From contig CAYLUL010000001.1 of the NCBI GenBank assembly GCA_964386835.1, positions 1 through 44,532 of the forward strand: a DNA stretch of 44,532 bases, in the 5' to 3' direction. Below the pieces are notes generated by a model. That model saw only the letters and a list, made by a program, of their open reading frames with translations, was not told the origin of the DNA and made no database searches. The position numbers were made by a program, and so were the translations under genes. Numbering within the stretch: position 1 is the first letter of the stretch; each line of letters starts with the position of its first letter. This DNA is from an uncultured Methanospirillum sp. Lineage in GTDB: Archaea; Halobacteriota; Methanomicrobia; Methanomicrobiales; Methanospirillaceae. Positions 1 to 8,438 of the stretch are shown here, piece after piece.

Positions 1-1
1 A

Positions 2-262
2 ATCAATGACTTCGAGGTCGTGGCCTTTCTCGTGGTGCTGCCTGACCAAACCGATATCAGCGTTCAACTTGCCCCCGGGATCCATTTGAACATCCCGCTG
101 CTGTCCGCCGCGATGGATACGGTGACCGAGGCGCGCCTGGCGATTGCCCTGGCGCGCAAGGGGGGCTGCGGGCTGATCTTCTGCTCGCAGTCGGTGGAGT
201 CGCAGGCGGACATGGTGCGCAAGGTCAAGGAGCATAAGGCCGGCTTCGTGCAGTCGGACTCG
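2..262 (+). pseudogene. IMP dehydrogenase-family N-terminal fragment. It enters from the left window edge and homology ends near nt 255-262.
   Basis: The frame of ORF 20..781 reads ...HLNIPLLSAAMDTVTEARLAIALARKGGCGLIF...MVRKVK, the conserved IMPDH/GMP-reductase N-terminal barrel signature (SAAMDTVTE). After KAGFVQ the frame becomes P/G/S-rich text without CBS or catalytic-loop sequence. Neither other plus frame continues the homology: one hits TGA at about nt 310 and the other reads nonsense. Confidence 0.45.
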
Positions 263-348
263 AACCTGGCCCCGCAGGTCCCGCAGAACCGCTTCCCCGG
301 GGTCCTGGGTGAGCCGCACCCTGGGCAGAACTGTCCCTTCGGGCTCAT
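64..348 (-). pseudogene. Zinc-ribbon protein 5' fragment. Only the first ~30 codons (nt 259-348) look genuine.
   Basis: Starts MSPKGQFCPGCGSPRTPGKRFCGTCGARF, a double CxxC zinc ribbon like the two intact zinc-ribbon genes at 6381 and 6738. An SD-like GGAGAGTGG lies upstream. The remainder of the ORF is simply antisense to the IMPDH fragment. Confidence 0.3.
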
Positions 349-483
349 ACTTCCACTCTCCAGCCCTCTGTCCGGTGCGACGGCTCGCAGCGAACAACGG
401 CCGTTATCGAGTGTGCTTCAGTCCACAGACTGCATCTGCCGTGATACCCCGTTTCATCTAACATCATCATGGTCTCACCCAGG

Positions 484-3400
484 TTATCCACCCACCTTCG
501 GCTTCGCGAGAGCGAGGCTCTCCCAGCCGTTCGCCATCGCCTCGGTGAACGAGGTGATGTCCCCAAACCCCTCCTTGTCGAGCGCCCGGTTCGCTCGTTG
601 GATCTCGGCCGGGTCCCAGGGATGTTTCGCCGCCTCATGCACGGCGTCAGCGGCCCGTCGGAAGTTGTCCGGCAGGTCGGGGATCTCGTGGTTGTTCGAG
701 TACCCATTCCGGATTGTGTCGAGCATCTTCACCCCCTTCGAGGCCTGGACGAAGGCCTCGGGCGCCCCGAAGTGGTGGTAGGCGTCCCCCACCTTGGTCC
801 GGTACATCTGGGCGATTCCGGGGGGATCGTAGAGCCGGCCGTGCCCTGCCGCGACGCGAGTCACGTTCGACTGCATGGAGGGCTCTACCGAACGAACGAA
901 CGACCCGGTTGCATCATCCCACCGGATATGCCCCTGGTCCTTGAAGTCCATGCAGGCCTCTTCGTGTATCGCGTCCGTCCCGAGCTGCTGCCGCTGCTCC
1001 GCCCACTCCTTTGCCGCAACCGGGTCCTTCCAGTTGGGACATCTCGTCTCCCTCGCGAAGATCTCGTAGGAGGAGTCCTCCCATTTCGAGCGGGGCACCT
1101 CCCTGACGACCCTGGGAGTCCCGTCCGGGTTCCGCTCAATTACCTCCACCACGCGATAGTCGCGGTCGGTGTTCAGTTTTTCACCGGGTTTGGCCCCGGG
1201 AGTCCCGAACTCGGCGACGATGATATCCTTTCCGGCGTACTCAGGGTGAGTTGCCTTCAGGGCCTCGACGAGCTGAGTGTCGTGACGCCCGTAGATCTCC
1301 TGCCGTGTCCGTTCGAACCCGGCTCTCAACGCTGCATCGCCCTCGCGATCGAGCCGGCGCACCTGTTCGGGGTGGCGCATCAGATCGAGCACATCGCCCT
1401 CCAGCACGACCCACTCCCCGCCACCGTCCTTGTGAAGTCCTTTTCGAAGCCGGTTCCAGAGGATTTCAGCTTCGAACTGGCTGAGCGGCTTTGGTGGACC
1501 GCGCTTCCCTGCGGCTCCCCCTCGCGTTGCCTGCACCCATGCCTCGTTGAGAGTCCGGTCACCGCTCGCGTTCAGGAACTCCTGGAAGACCATCGCGAAG
1601 GTGAGGTGCGCCATGTCCCAGGACGACGCCTCGAAGGCCTCGTACCAGCTGCAGACCTTCTCCTTCGGTCCTGGCCGGACCTTGTGGTAGATGAACTTCC
1701 AGATCCAGAGCATCACCAGGATCCGGACACTGGGGTTCCGCGGGTCGAAGTTGACCATGATCAATGTATCGACGCCCGCGACGGCCTGCATCTCGATCCA
1801 CCGGGCCCGGTTCAGTTCGTAGTATTTCCACCAGACAGCGACGAGTTCGTCCTCTCCGGCTTCGTACCGGTCCGCGTAAAAATTGAAGAACTCGACCAGC
1901 TCGTCCTTGAGGAGCGGAACGAACTGCTGGCTCGCGAACGAGGCTGCGAACCCGAGGTTCCGCGTGTAGTACCCGACCACGGCCATGAAGGCGAAGTCGC
2001 CCACCTTCTTCGTCGCCCCGAGCCCGGAAAGAATGGTCGTCTCCCAGGGTTTCCAGGTGAGGTAGTCCTGCTGGTCCTCCCGCCAGATCCGCTGCGCCTC
2101 CTCCCAGATCACCTCACGGAGGATGGCGTAGTCCCTCGCCCCGGCATGCTTCTTCCCGAACGCCGCGAGGTCATGGACGAGGTGGGAGTACTCCGGCCGC
2201 CCCTGGGGAATTACATCCTCGATGAAGACCAGGAGGTGGGTCTGCTCCTCGGAGAGGGTGCCAATCTTTCTTTTTCGCCCGGCGGTGACGATCTCCAAGG
2301 GCACCGCGCACTCCCACGGCCCGGATCGGGCGATGATCCCGGCGGGGTACGTCCCTCCGTCACCGGGGACGAAACGCTTGAACTCGAATCGCCATGCCCC
2401 TTCGAGGCCGGAGTATGAGTCGGGATGCCGCTCGGGTTTCACCAGGTCCCCCAGCGAGAAGAGGATTCGGGCTGGCTCGCTGTCGCTCTCGAGCCGCTCG
2501 AACGCGATCGCCTCTTCCATCCTGGGGTCGTCCTCGACATGGGTCCCGTTCCAGGTCATCACAGAAAACCGGACGAAGGCAACGCGGTGGGGGTCTTTCA
2601 TCGGGAGATCCGCGCGGAGGGGCACGGTTGTCTCGTGGCCCGAGGTCTTCCAATCCCCCTTCTGCCAGGTGTAGATTCCGGCGACATACAGCCCCTCGAA
2701 CGAGACGGTGACCGGGACATCGGGGCCTCTCAGCACGAGGTCGCCCGACGTCGCCACCGGGTGGAGCAGGATCCGCCGCTCCCATGCCCCTGGGCCGATC
2801 GGGGGGTCGACAGGTGCCGCGTCGGAATTGACAGCGACACGAAAGGACGCCCTGTCCCCGACCCATTCCGGTGGGTCGACCTCTACCAGGCCGCGGGCGT
2901 CGTCGTCCGGGATCAGTTCAAAGGTCCACGTTCGTCCAGAGGTCGTCGAGACCGCGAGCGAGACGTCGACGTAGGTGGGTGCGGGCACTCTGCCCTGACG
3001 GTTCTCGGGGTGGGTCAGCAGGAATACCTCCCCGGGAGAGACGTCGAGGGCGGCCGCGTGCCCGAGCGGGATGTGCACCGTGGCGCGTGAGAGTTCGCTC
3101 CCTTCAACGGTCGCCACCACCTCGACCTCGACCGCGTCCGGGAGCCGGGTGTCCGCAGGACCCGTCGCTCGAGCCCGGACCTCGGCGGCGTACCACCACG
3201 GCTCGTCGACTGCGTTCAAGAGGGGGCAGGAGATGTCGAGGTTGTCGACCCGTGCCGCATCGAACCGGATGGTCGCGTTCCGTTCCCGCTCGCCGAGAAT
3301 CTGGCCTGGTTGGGGGTCCAGGCGTGTGTCGATCACGACGCGGCTCTCCGGGTCGAATGGATCGATCGTGCTCCCCCAGCGGGGGTCGGTTGCGGTCACC

Positions 3401-4452
3401 AGCACGACCGACGGCGCCTCCCCGAGGTCCACGGTTACCCGGCTGGAGAACGTCTCCCGGCCCACCCGGGCAGCGACGACCAGTCCGGCCGACTCCCCCG
3501 ACCCACCGCTGACCTGTGTGACCGTGCAGTCCACGCGACCAGTGCCTTCCCTGACGAGGATTTGGAGTCTCCCCGCCGCGTCCGACGCCTCCGTTACCGT
3601 GATAACGGCCTTGGGGACCGGCACCTCCTTGCCGGGTGCCGCCTCCTCGAGAAGGAGGGCGTGAAACACGGCGGGCCGTCCCTGGGAGACGGAGATCCGG
3701 TTCGCCGAGAGACGCAGGACGTAGGTCTTCTTCGGCACGAGGACGAGGGTTGTGCGCTGCTCGACCCTGCGCCCCCCGACCCGGACCGCGACGCCGACGT
3801 CGAACGAATCGTTCCCGGGGGTACCGGGCGCGAGGCCATGCGCCCGGAAGAGGGCGCGCTTGCCGCCACCCTCTGCCGTCTCAGTGACGAGGCCGACCCG
3901 TTCGGTCCTGGACACGACCCTGAACCAGTCCTGCCGTACTAGTCCGGCAATCTCGGCGTCCGTCGGGACGAGGAGGTCCGAAAACGTGAGGTGGGCCATG
4001 AGCGCCGCCATCGGGGTCCCATCGCTCGCGTCGGGGACCGGTTCGGGGGCGAGCTCGAGCGCTGCCGGCGAAAAGTCGGGGGGCCCGATCACCACGACCT
4101 CGGTCATCGGCCCCGGGCCGGCGGGGACGGGGACGCCGATCGTCGGGACAGGCAGGGCGAGCGGGTAGAGGGTCACCGAGAGACGGACCGGCTCCTTGCC
4201 GGCGATCAGGGCCTCGTACTCTCCCAGGGAGAAGTGTCCCTGTAGGGCAATGGTGAAACGGACCGCCTTTCCCGCCTCGATGATCTCCTTCTCCGTGACC
4301 ACCACCCGGTCCATCCAGGGGCACCCGGGCGCCACGACGACCCGGAAATTCGGGTTCAGCGGCACGGGCTCGACGTTCCAGCGAATTCGCGAGCGGATCA
4401 CCACGGGCATGACCGTGCCGCTCCCGGCATCATACATGAATGCGAAGGACAT
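484..4452 (-). CDS. Large (1,322 aa) uncharacterised protein with N-terminal beta-sandwich repeats, a central hydrophobic segment and a C-terminal globular region
   Basis: Longest uninterrupted ORF in the window. The ATG at 4452 is preceded by SD GAAGGTGA with a 5-nt spacer; the track's GTG at 4479 has no SD. There is no signal peptide. Protein-like composition holds throughout. The opposite-strand ORF 469..2418 is R/P/G-rich shadow. Confidence 0.8.
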   Translation of the reverse strand: MSFAFMYDAGSGTVMPVVIRSRIRWNVEPVPLNPNFRVVVAPGCPWMDRVVVTEKEIIEAGKAVRFTIALQGHFSLGEYEALIAGKEPVRLSVTLYPLALPVPTIGVPVPAGPGPMTEVVVIGPPDFSPAALELAPEPVPDASDGTPMAALMAHLTFSDLLVPTDAEIAGLVRQDWFRVVSRTERVGLVTETAEGGGKRALFRAHGLAPGTPGNDSFDVGVAVRVGGRRVEQRTTLVLVPKKTYVLRLSANRISVSQGRPAVFHALLLEEAAPGKEVPVPKAVITVTEASDAAGRLQILVREGTGRVDCTVTQVSGGSGESAGLVVAARVGRETFSSRVTVDLGEAPSVVLVTATDPRWGSTIDPFDPESRVVIDTRLDPQPGQILGERERNATIRFDAARVDNLDISCPLLNAVDEPWWYAAEVRARATGPADTRLPDAVEVEVVATVEGSELSRATVHIPLGHAAALDVSPGEVFLLTHPENRQGRVPAPTYVDVSLAVSTTSGRTWTFELIPDDDARGLVEVDPPEWVGDRASFRVAVNSDAAPVDPPIGPGAWERRILLHPVATSGDLVLRGPDVPVTVSFEGLYVAGIYTWQKGDWKTSGHETTVPLRADLPMKDPHRVAFVRFSVMTWNGTHVEDDPRMEEAIAFERLESDSEPARILFSLGDLVKPERHPDSYSGLEGAWRFEFKRFVPGDGGTYPAGIIARSGPWECAVPLEIVTAGRKRKIGTLSEEQTHLLVFIEDVIPQGRPEYSHLVHDLAAFGKKHAGARDYAILREVIWEEAQRIWREDQQDYLTWKPWETTILSGLGATKKVGDFAFMAVVGYYTRNLGFAASFASQQFVPLLKDELVEFFNFYADRYEAGEDELVAVWWKYYELNRARWIEMQAVAGVDTLIMVNFDPRNPSVRILVMLWIWKFIYHKVRPGPKEKVCSWYEAFEASSWDMAHLTFAMVFQEFLNASGDRTLNEAWVQATRGGAAGKRGPPKPLSQFEAEILWNRLRKGLHKDGGGEWVVLEGDVLDLMRHPEQVRRLDREGDAALRAGFERTRQEIYGRHDTQLVEALKATHPEYAGKDIIVAEFGTPGAKPGEKLNTDRDYRVVEVIERNPDGTPRVVREVPRSKWEDSSYEIFARETRCPNWKDPVAAKEWAEQRQQLGTDAIHEEACMDFKDQGHIRWDDATGSFVRSVEPSMQSNVTRVAAGHGRLYDPPGIAQMYRTKVGDAYHHFGAPEAFVQASKGVKMLDTIRNGYSNNHEIPDLPDNFRRAADAVHEAAKHPWDPAEIQRANRALDKEGFGDITSFTEAMANGWESLALAKPKVGG

Positions 4453-4489
4453 CAATGTCACCTTCCCGAACCCACCCACTGGGCGGACA

Positions 4490-5743
4490 TCAGTAGAACT
4501 CCATCGTGGGTGGCTCTCCGATCTCGACCGTGACTGTGGTCTCGGTCCCCCCTCCTGGGGCCGAGGCGGTCACCTTCAGGGGCACGGTACCGGACTGAGC
4601 GGAGGCCCCGGCGACGATCAAGAGGGAGAGGTGCTGCCGCCCGGTCATGGCAGGCGAGATCCGAAGCCCGCTGCCAGCAGGGGATACAACTGAGATCACA
4701 GCCTCAGGGGCGGGCTCAACCGGGCCGTCACCTTCCTGTTTCCAGGCGGTGATCTCGAGGGGGACCGGCTGGTCCCCGGAGACCCGGACCGTGGCGGTGC
4801 TCAGCTGCAGGATGTACCTGACCCCCTCCTCTTCCTCCTTCTCCCTCTCTTTCTTTTTCTCCTTCTCTTGTACGGGGGAGGTGGGCCTGCGCCGGGAGAC
4901 GGCCAGTGCGCCCCCCGCAATCCCGGCTCCCACCACCGCCAACGCGCCAATGACAACGGTCCAGTCGACGGGCTCCTTCGGTGGAACGGGATCGACCGTC
5001 GCCCCGGAATACCCGTAGAGGTAGGCCGTGATCCCGGTGATCGCGGGCTGGCCAGCGATGTAGCTCGACCCGGCAACCTGGCTCGAGACGACCGTCCGGG
5101 CGGTGCCGCCGACCACGACGACGAGGTGCTGACCTGTCGCCCCCTCAGGCACGGTCCAGGTCACGTCCCGCGTCCTGGGACCGTCGCCCGGTGCGATGGA
5201 GACACCGTCGTCGGCGATGCCCTGCATCTCGAGGTCGTCGAGCTGCGCGAAGGTAAGCGTCCGGATCCCGTCGAGCGACCCGCGGTCATCGACAACGCCG
5301 GCCTGCAGCGCGGTTGTTCCCTCGCTCTGCGCGGAGAACCCGGCCTGCAGCGAGGGGTTCCCTGAGTCCCGATCGGCGATATCGAGCCGGGTCATGATGC
5401 TGGACCCGGGTCTCAGTTCCGACGGAGGCGGGATCCAGGTGTGCGAAAATTCGAGGGTGATAGCCGTCCCAGGGACCGATAGGGACGATACGGCGGTGGA
5501 TCCGCCCGAGGGGATGTATGACCCCACGGCATCCCCGTAGGTGGTCCCGGGTGTATCGAGGACACGGTCAGTGTAGGTCCCCGACAATGTCCACGAACCG
5601 GCAGCGGCCGTGACGGGCAGGACAAAGAGGGTGAGGCCGACCACCCATACCCACAAGAGGCGTCCTGAGAACGTGGATCTCCCTGTCCCAGTATGCGTGT
5701 GATCGGCGGAACCTTGCCCGGCAGGACCGGGGCCGGGAGTCAT
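4490..5743 (-). CDS. Single-pass membrane protein with an N-terminal signal/anchor, extracellular beta-rich domain, TM helix, K/E linker and cytoplasmic beta-sandwich domain
   Basis: N-terminal hydrophobic LLWVWVVGLTLFVLPVTAAAG. Second TM WTVVIGALAVVGAGIAGGALAV followed by RRR, then EKEKKKEREKEEEEG. The start overlaps the upstream stop as ATGA (5740-5743). Confidence 0.65.
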   Translation of the reverse strand: MTPGPGPAGQGSADHTHTGTGRSTFSGRLLWVWVVGLTLFVLPVTAAAGSWTLSGTYTDRVLDTPGTTYGDAVGSYIPSGGSTAVSSLSVPGTAITLEFSHTWIPPPSELRPGSSIMTRLDIADRDSGNPSLQAGFSAQSEGTTALQAGVVDDRGSLDGIRTLTFAQLDDLEMQGIADDGVSIAPGDGPRTRDVTWTVPEGATGQHLVVVVGGTARTVVSSQVAGSSYIAGQPAITGITAYLYGYSGATVDPVPPKEPVDWTVVIGALAVVGAGIAGGALAVSRRRPTSPVQEKEKKKEREKEEEEGVRYILQLSTATVRVSGDQPVPLEITAWKQEGDGPVEPAPEAVISVVSPAGSGLRISPAMTGRQHLSLLIVAGASAQSGTVPLKVTASAPGGGTETTVTVEIGEPPTMEFY

Positions 5744-6381
5744 CCCTTCCTCTTCAGCACCGCACTTGTCGCGTACCGTTCGACGAGGGCGACCGCCTTG
5801 TCGAAGTTCTCCTCCGTGCCGTAGACCACGATCGGACGGAACAGGGTCCGGCGATAGAAGAGGATCGAGCGATCACGCCGGTCAACTGTCACCGAGCGCA
5901 TCTCGTCCCAGCGCATCGACTCCATCTCGCGGCTGATGTTGATCAGGCTTCCCCCCGTGCCAGCGAGGGAGCCGCCGATCGCGGACCCGACCAGGGTCGC
6001 CCGGTTGAGCGCCTTCGACTCCTTCCCGGCGTGATAGCCAACCCCCTCGCTCGTGATCGCAAACTCGCCCATCGGCCCGCCCTTCGAAAAGAACTGGATC
6101 GCCCCCCCGATCACCAGGCCGAGGACGACCAAGAGAAGAAAGATCCCGGCGATCCAGGGCAGAGCAAAGAACGAGCCCATCGCCACCATCAGGAGGGCGA
6201 CGAAGAGGGCCCCGGCACCGAGGGCGATGACGAGTTGCTTGACGACGACGGGACTCGTGACGACCGGCATCCGGGCCGACCAGGCAAGAGATCCGGGCTC
6301 GGGGTCCACGCGTGCCTCGCAGGACGGGCAGGACTCCGCCCCGGGAGGGAGGGTTGAACCGCAATCGGGACAGAAGGCCAT
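5740..6381 (-). CDS. Zinc-ribbon membrane protein with a C-terminal PH-like/unknown cytoplasmic domain (213 aa)
   Basis: MAFCPDCGSTLPPGAESCPSCEA zinc ribbon, then two hydrophobic helices (LVIALGAGALFVALLMVAMG; IAGIFLLLVVLGLVIGGAI), then a soluble tail. The ATG at 6381 was verified. The 169 codons upstream in track ORF 5740..6888 are R/S/P-rich and were rejected. Confidence 0.7.
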   Translation of the reverse strand: MAFCPDCGSTLPPGAESCPSCEARVDPEPGSLAWSARMPVVTSPVVVKQLVIALGAGALFVALLMVAMGSFFALPWIAGIFLLLVVLGLVIGGAIQFFSKGGPMGEFAITSEGVGYHAGKESKALNRATLVGSAIGGSLAGTGGSLINISREMESMRWDEMRSVTVDRRDRSILFYRRTLFRPIVVYGTEENFDKAVALVERYATSAVLKRKG

Positions 6382-6415
6382 GACGATCACTTCAGGATAT
6401 GCTCTTATCCCCTGG

Positions 6416-6427
6416 AAATAATAAAAG
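6416..6427 (-). promoter_or_regulatory. Candidate TATA box for the 6381 operon
   Basis: The minus strand reads CTTTTATTATTT, 35-46 nt upstream of ATG 6381. It is the only AT-rich block in an otherwise GC-rich spacer. Confidence 0.35.
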
Positions 6428-6697
6428 CGTCCCCAAAAGCATCCCACGGGGTTGTGCGACGCCACATCGCAAACGTGCTTCCTAAATTGTCGCTCTTTGT
6501 TCGCTCGATGACCGTCTCGCCGACAGGTCCGCGATCGCGAAGCAGCTGTGTGAGAAGTACTGTGATGACATCCCCTTGAGGAAGGAGCCGGCGATCCCCT
6601 CCAGGGGGGCGCTCGGGGATGCTGCCGATACTGGAGGAGGAGAACGGTGTCGTGACCCGCCGCCCCGTCGCCCCTTTCGTTGTTCTCCTCACCAGCA

Positions 6698-6708
6698 GGT
6701 ATAAGAGG
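6698..6708 (+). promoter_or_regulatory. Candidate TATA box for the zinc-ribbon gene at 6738
   Basis: GGTATAAGAGG lies 30-40 nt upstream of ATG 6738. Confidence 0.35.
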
Positions 6709-6737
6709 CCAGTGGCACACCATTTCAGCGATCGACC

Positions 6738-7115
6738 ATGTTCTGTCCCGACTGCGGAGCAGAGAACCCCGGGAGCAACCTCTTCTGTGAGCAGTGCGGG
6801 GCCTCCCTCGCACCTGACGGGGTGTCGTCCCCGCCCCCGGTGACATCGACGCCGCCATCACCGCCCCCGCCAGCACCGGTTCGAACACCGACCACCGTGT
6901 CCCCGCCCGACGTGGGGTGGTTCGGCACCGCTGGTATCATTGTCGCGCTCATCTCCACGGTCGTCATCCCGATCATCTTCGGCCCGATCGCAATCGTGCT
7001 TGGGTTCATCGGCCACTCGCGGGGAGACCCGAGGGGGAAGATAGCGATCGTCCTGGGTGTCGTCTGCATGCTGATCGGCTTCGTCCTCAGTTACATCGTC
7101 CTGTCCGGGTTCTGA
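6738..7115 (+). CDS. Zinc-ribbon protein with a Pro-rich linker and two C-terminal TM helices (DUF4190-like)
   Basis: MFCPDCGAENPGSNLFCEQCGA double CxxC. Linker PPPVTSTPPSPPPPAP. Hydrophobic GIIVALISTVVIPIIFGPIAIVLGFIG and IAIVLGVVCMLIGFVLSYIVL. Confidence 0.7.
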   Translation: MFCPDCGAENPGSNLFCEQCGASLAPDGVSSPPPVTSTPPSPPPPAPVRTPTTVSPPDVGWFGTAGIIVALISTVVIPIIFGPIAIVLGFIGHSRGDPRGKIAIVLGVVCMLIGFVLSYIVLSGF

Positions 7116-7249
7116 CCAGGACTCACGGTCCCCGCCGAACCGGTGGGTCCGTCTCGACGGGGCGATCGCCCATCACGCGCAGAGGAGGGTGACGGAGACA
7201 CTGTTCTGAACGGCACCCTTTACCCACCCGACGGCCAGATCTGTTGAGT

Positions 7250-7720
7250 ATGCGGGTTATCGGGATTGACCCGGGGTACGGCCGGGTGGGTTGGGGCGTG
7301 GTCGAGGGGCGCCGGCACCAGCTCGCCTGCTGCGCCTGGGGTTGCATCGAGACCTCGAAGGAGACGCCGATGCCGGACCGGATCCTCCAGGTCTGGCGGG
7401 CCCTGAACGCGCTCCTCGACGAATGGTCGCCCGACGAGATGGCAATCGAGTGCCTCTACTTCTCGAAGAACGTGACGACCGGGATCCAGGTGGCGGAGGT
7501 CCGCGGGGTGATCCGACTCGCCGCCGCTGAACGGGGAATTCCTACCGCGGAGTTCACACCAAACCAGATCAAACAGGCGGTGACGGGCTCGGGCCGTGCG
7601 GATAAGAAACAGGTCCAGGAGATGGTCCGACGCGTCCTCGCGCTTGAGACCGTGCCCCGCCCGGACGATGCAGCCGACGCTCTGGCCTGCGCCGTCTGCC
7701 ACCACCACTGCCGGCGCTGA
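7250..7720 (+). CDS. ruvC: Crossover junction endodeoxyribonuclease RuvC
   Basis: MRVIGIDPGYGRVGWGVV..., EMAIECLYF, IKQAVTGSGRADKKQVQEMV and PDDAADALACAV are classic RuvC catalytic and structural motifs. The ATG at 7250 is preferred over the TTG at 7244. Confidence 0.93.
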   Translation: MRVIGIDPGYGRVGWGVVEGRRHQLACCAWGCIETSKETPMPDRILQVWRALNALLDEWSPDEMAIECLYFSKNVTTGIQVAEVRGVIRLAAAERGIPTAEFTPNQIKQAVTGSGRADKKQVQEMVRRVLALETVPRPDDAADALACAVCHHHCRR

Positions 7721-7846
7721 GACTGAACTCGGAGGGTAGCCTCATTCGGGCCCATCATGCCCGGGGATCGCTGGGGTTCGACCGGCAATCCTGCCGAAAC
7801 GGAGCTCTTAACCCCCAACCGGCCCCAAATAGAGAGAGAAGGGCTC

Positions 7847-8437
7847 ATGTTCGCATATCTCGAGGGGACGATCGACTCGGTCGACGAGCGGGCAGTCGTC
7901 ATCGACGTGGGCGGGGTCGGCTTCCGGGTGCTGGCGTCGGGACCGGTGCTCGCGAGCCTGCGCCCGGAGCGCGGGCGGGTTCGTATCCACACCCACCTCG
8001 TGGTCCGCGAGGACGGTTGGACCCTCTACGGCTTTCTGGACCCCCGGGACCGCGAGGTCTTCCAGGCCCTGATCGGGGTGACCAAGGTCGGGCCGGCTCT
8101 TGCGCTCAAGGTCCTCTCCGAGGTTCCCGTCGACGAGCTGGTCCGCGCGGTTCAGGGCGAGAACGAAGCGGTGCTGACCCGTGTCCCGGGGATCGGGGCA
8201 AAGTCCGCAAAAAGGCTGATTCTTGAGCTCCGCGACCGGATCGCGGGGATCGGGACCGCCTCCGGCATACAGGTCCCGATCGCCGGCCCCGACGCCGATG
8301 CCACCGCCGCCCTGGTCGCGCTCGGCTTTGGACCCCGCGAGGCCCAGGAGGCGGTTGACTCCACCCGTGCCGAGGCACCGGACGCCGACCTCCAGGCCCT
8401 GATACGGGGGGCGCTCGCCCGCCTCAGGAGGACCTGA
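7847..8437 (+). CDS. ruvA: Holliday junction branch-migration complex subunit RuvA
   Basis: [28 protein letters not shown] (OB domain). HhH region [17 protein letters not shown]...[17 protein letters not shown]-terminal domain [19 protein letters not shown]. Confidence 0.9.
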   Translation: MFAYLEGTIDSVDERAVVIDVGGVGFRVLASGPVLASLRPERGRVRIHTHLVVREDGWTLYGFLDPRDREVFQALIGVTKVGPALALKVLSEVPVDELVRAVQGENEAVLTRVPGIGAKSAKRLILELRDRIAGIGTASGIQVPIAGPDADATAALVALGFGPREAQEAVDSTRAEAPDADLQALIRGALARLRRT

Positions 8438-8438
8438 G

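Noticed and set aside
469-2418. 649-aa plus-strand ORF overlapping the giant minus-strand gene
   Set aside because: Its composition is dominated by R/P/G/L/V with no motifs. It is fully antisense to a better, longer ORF, making it a typical GC-rich shadow ORF.
5740-6888. Full 382-aa version of the zinc-ribbon ORF, and the 530-aa version of the methyltransferase ORF (12178..13770)
   Set aside because: The N-terminal extensions are compositionally aberrant and cross promoter-like AT blocks or the arsC gene. Internal ATGs at 6381 and 13404 begin exactly where recognisable protein sequence starts.
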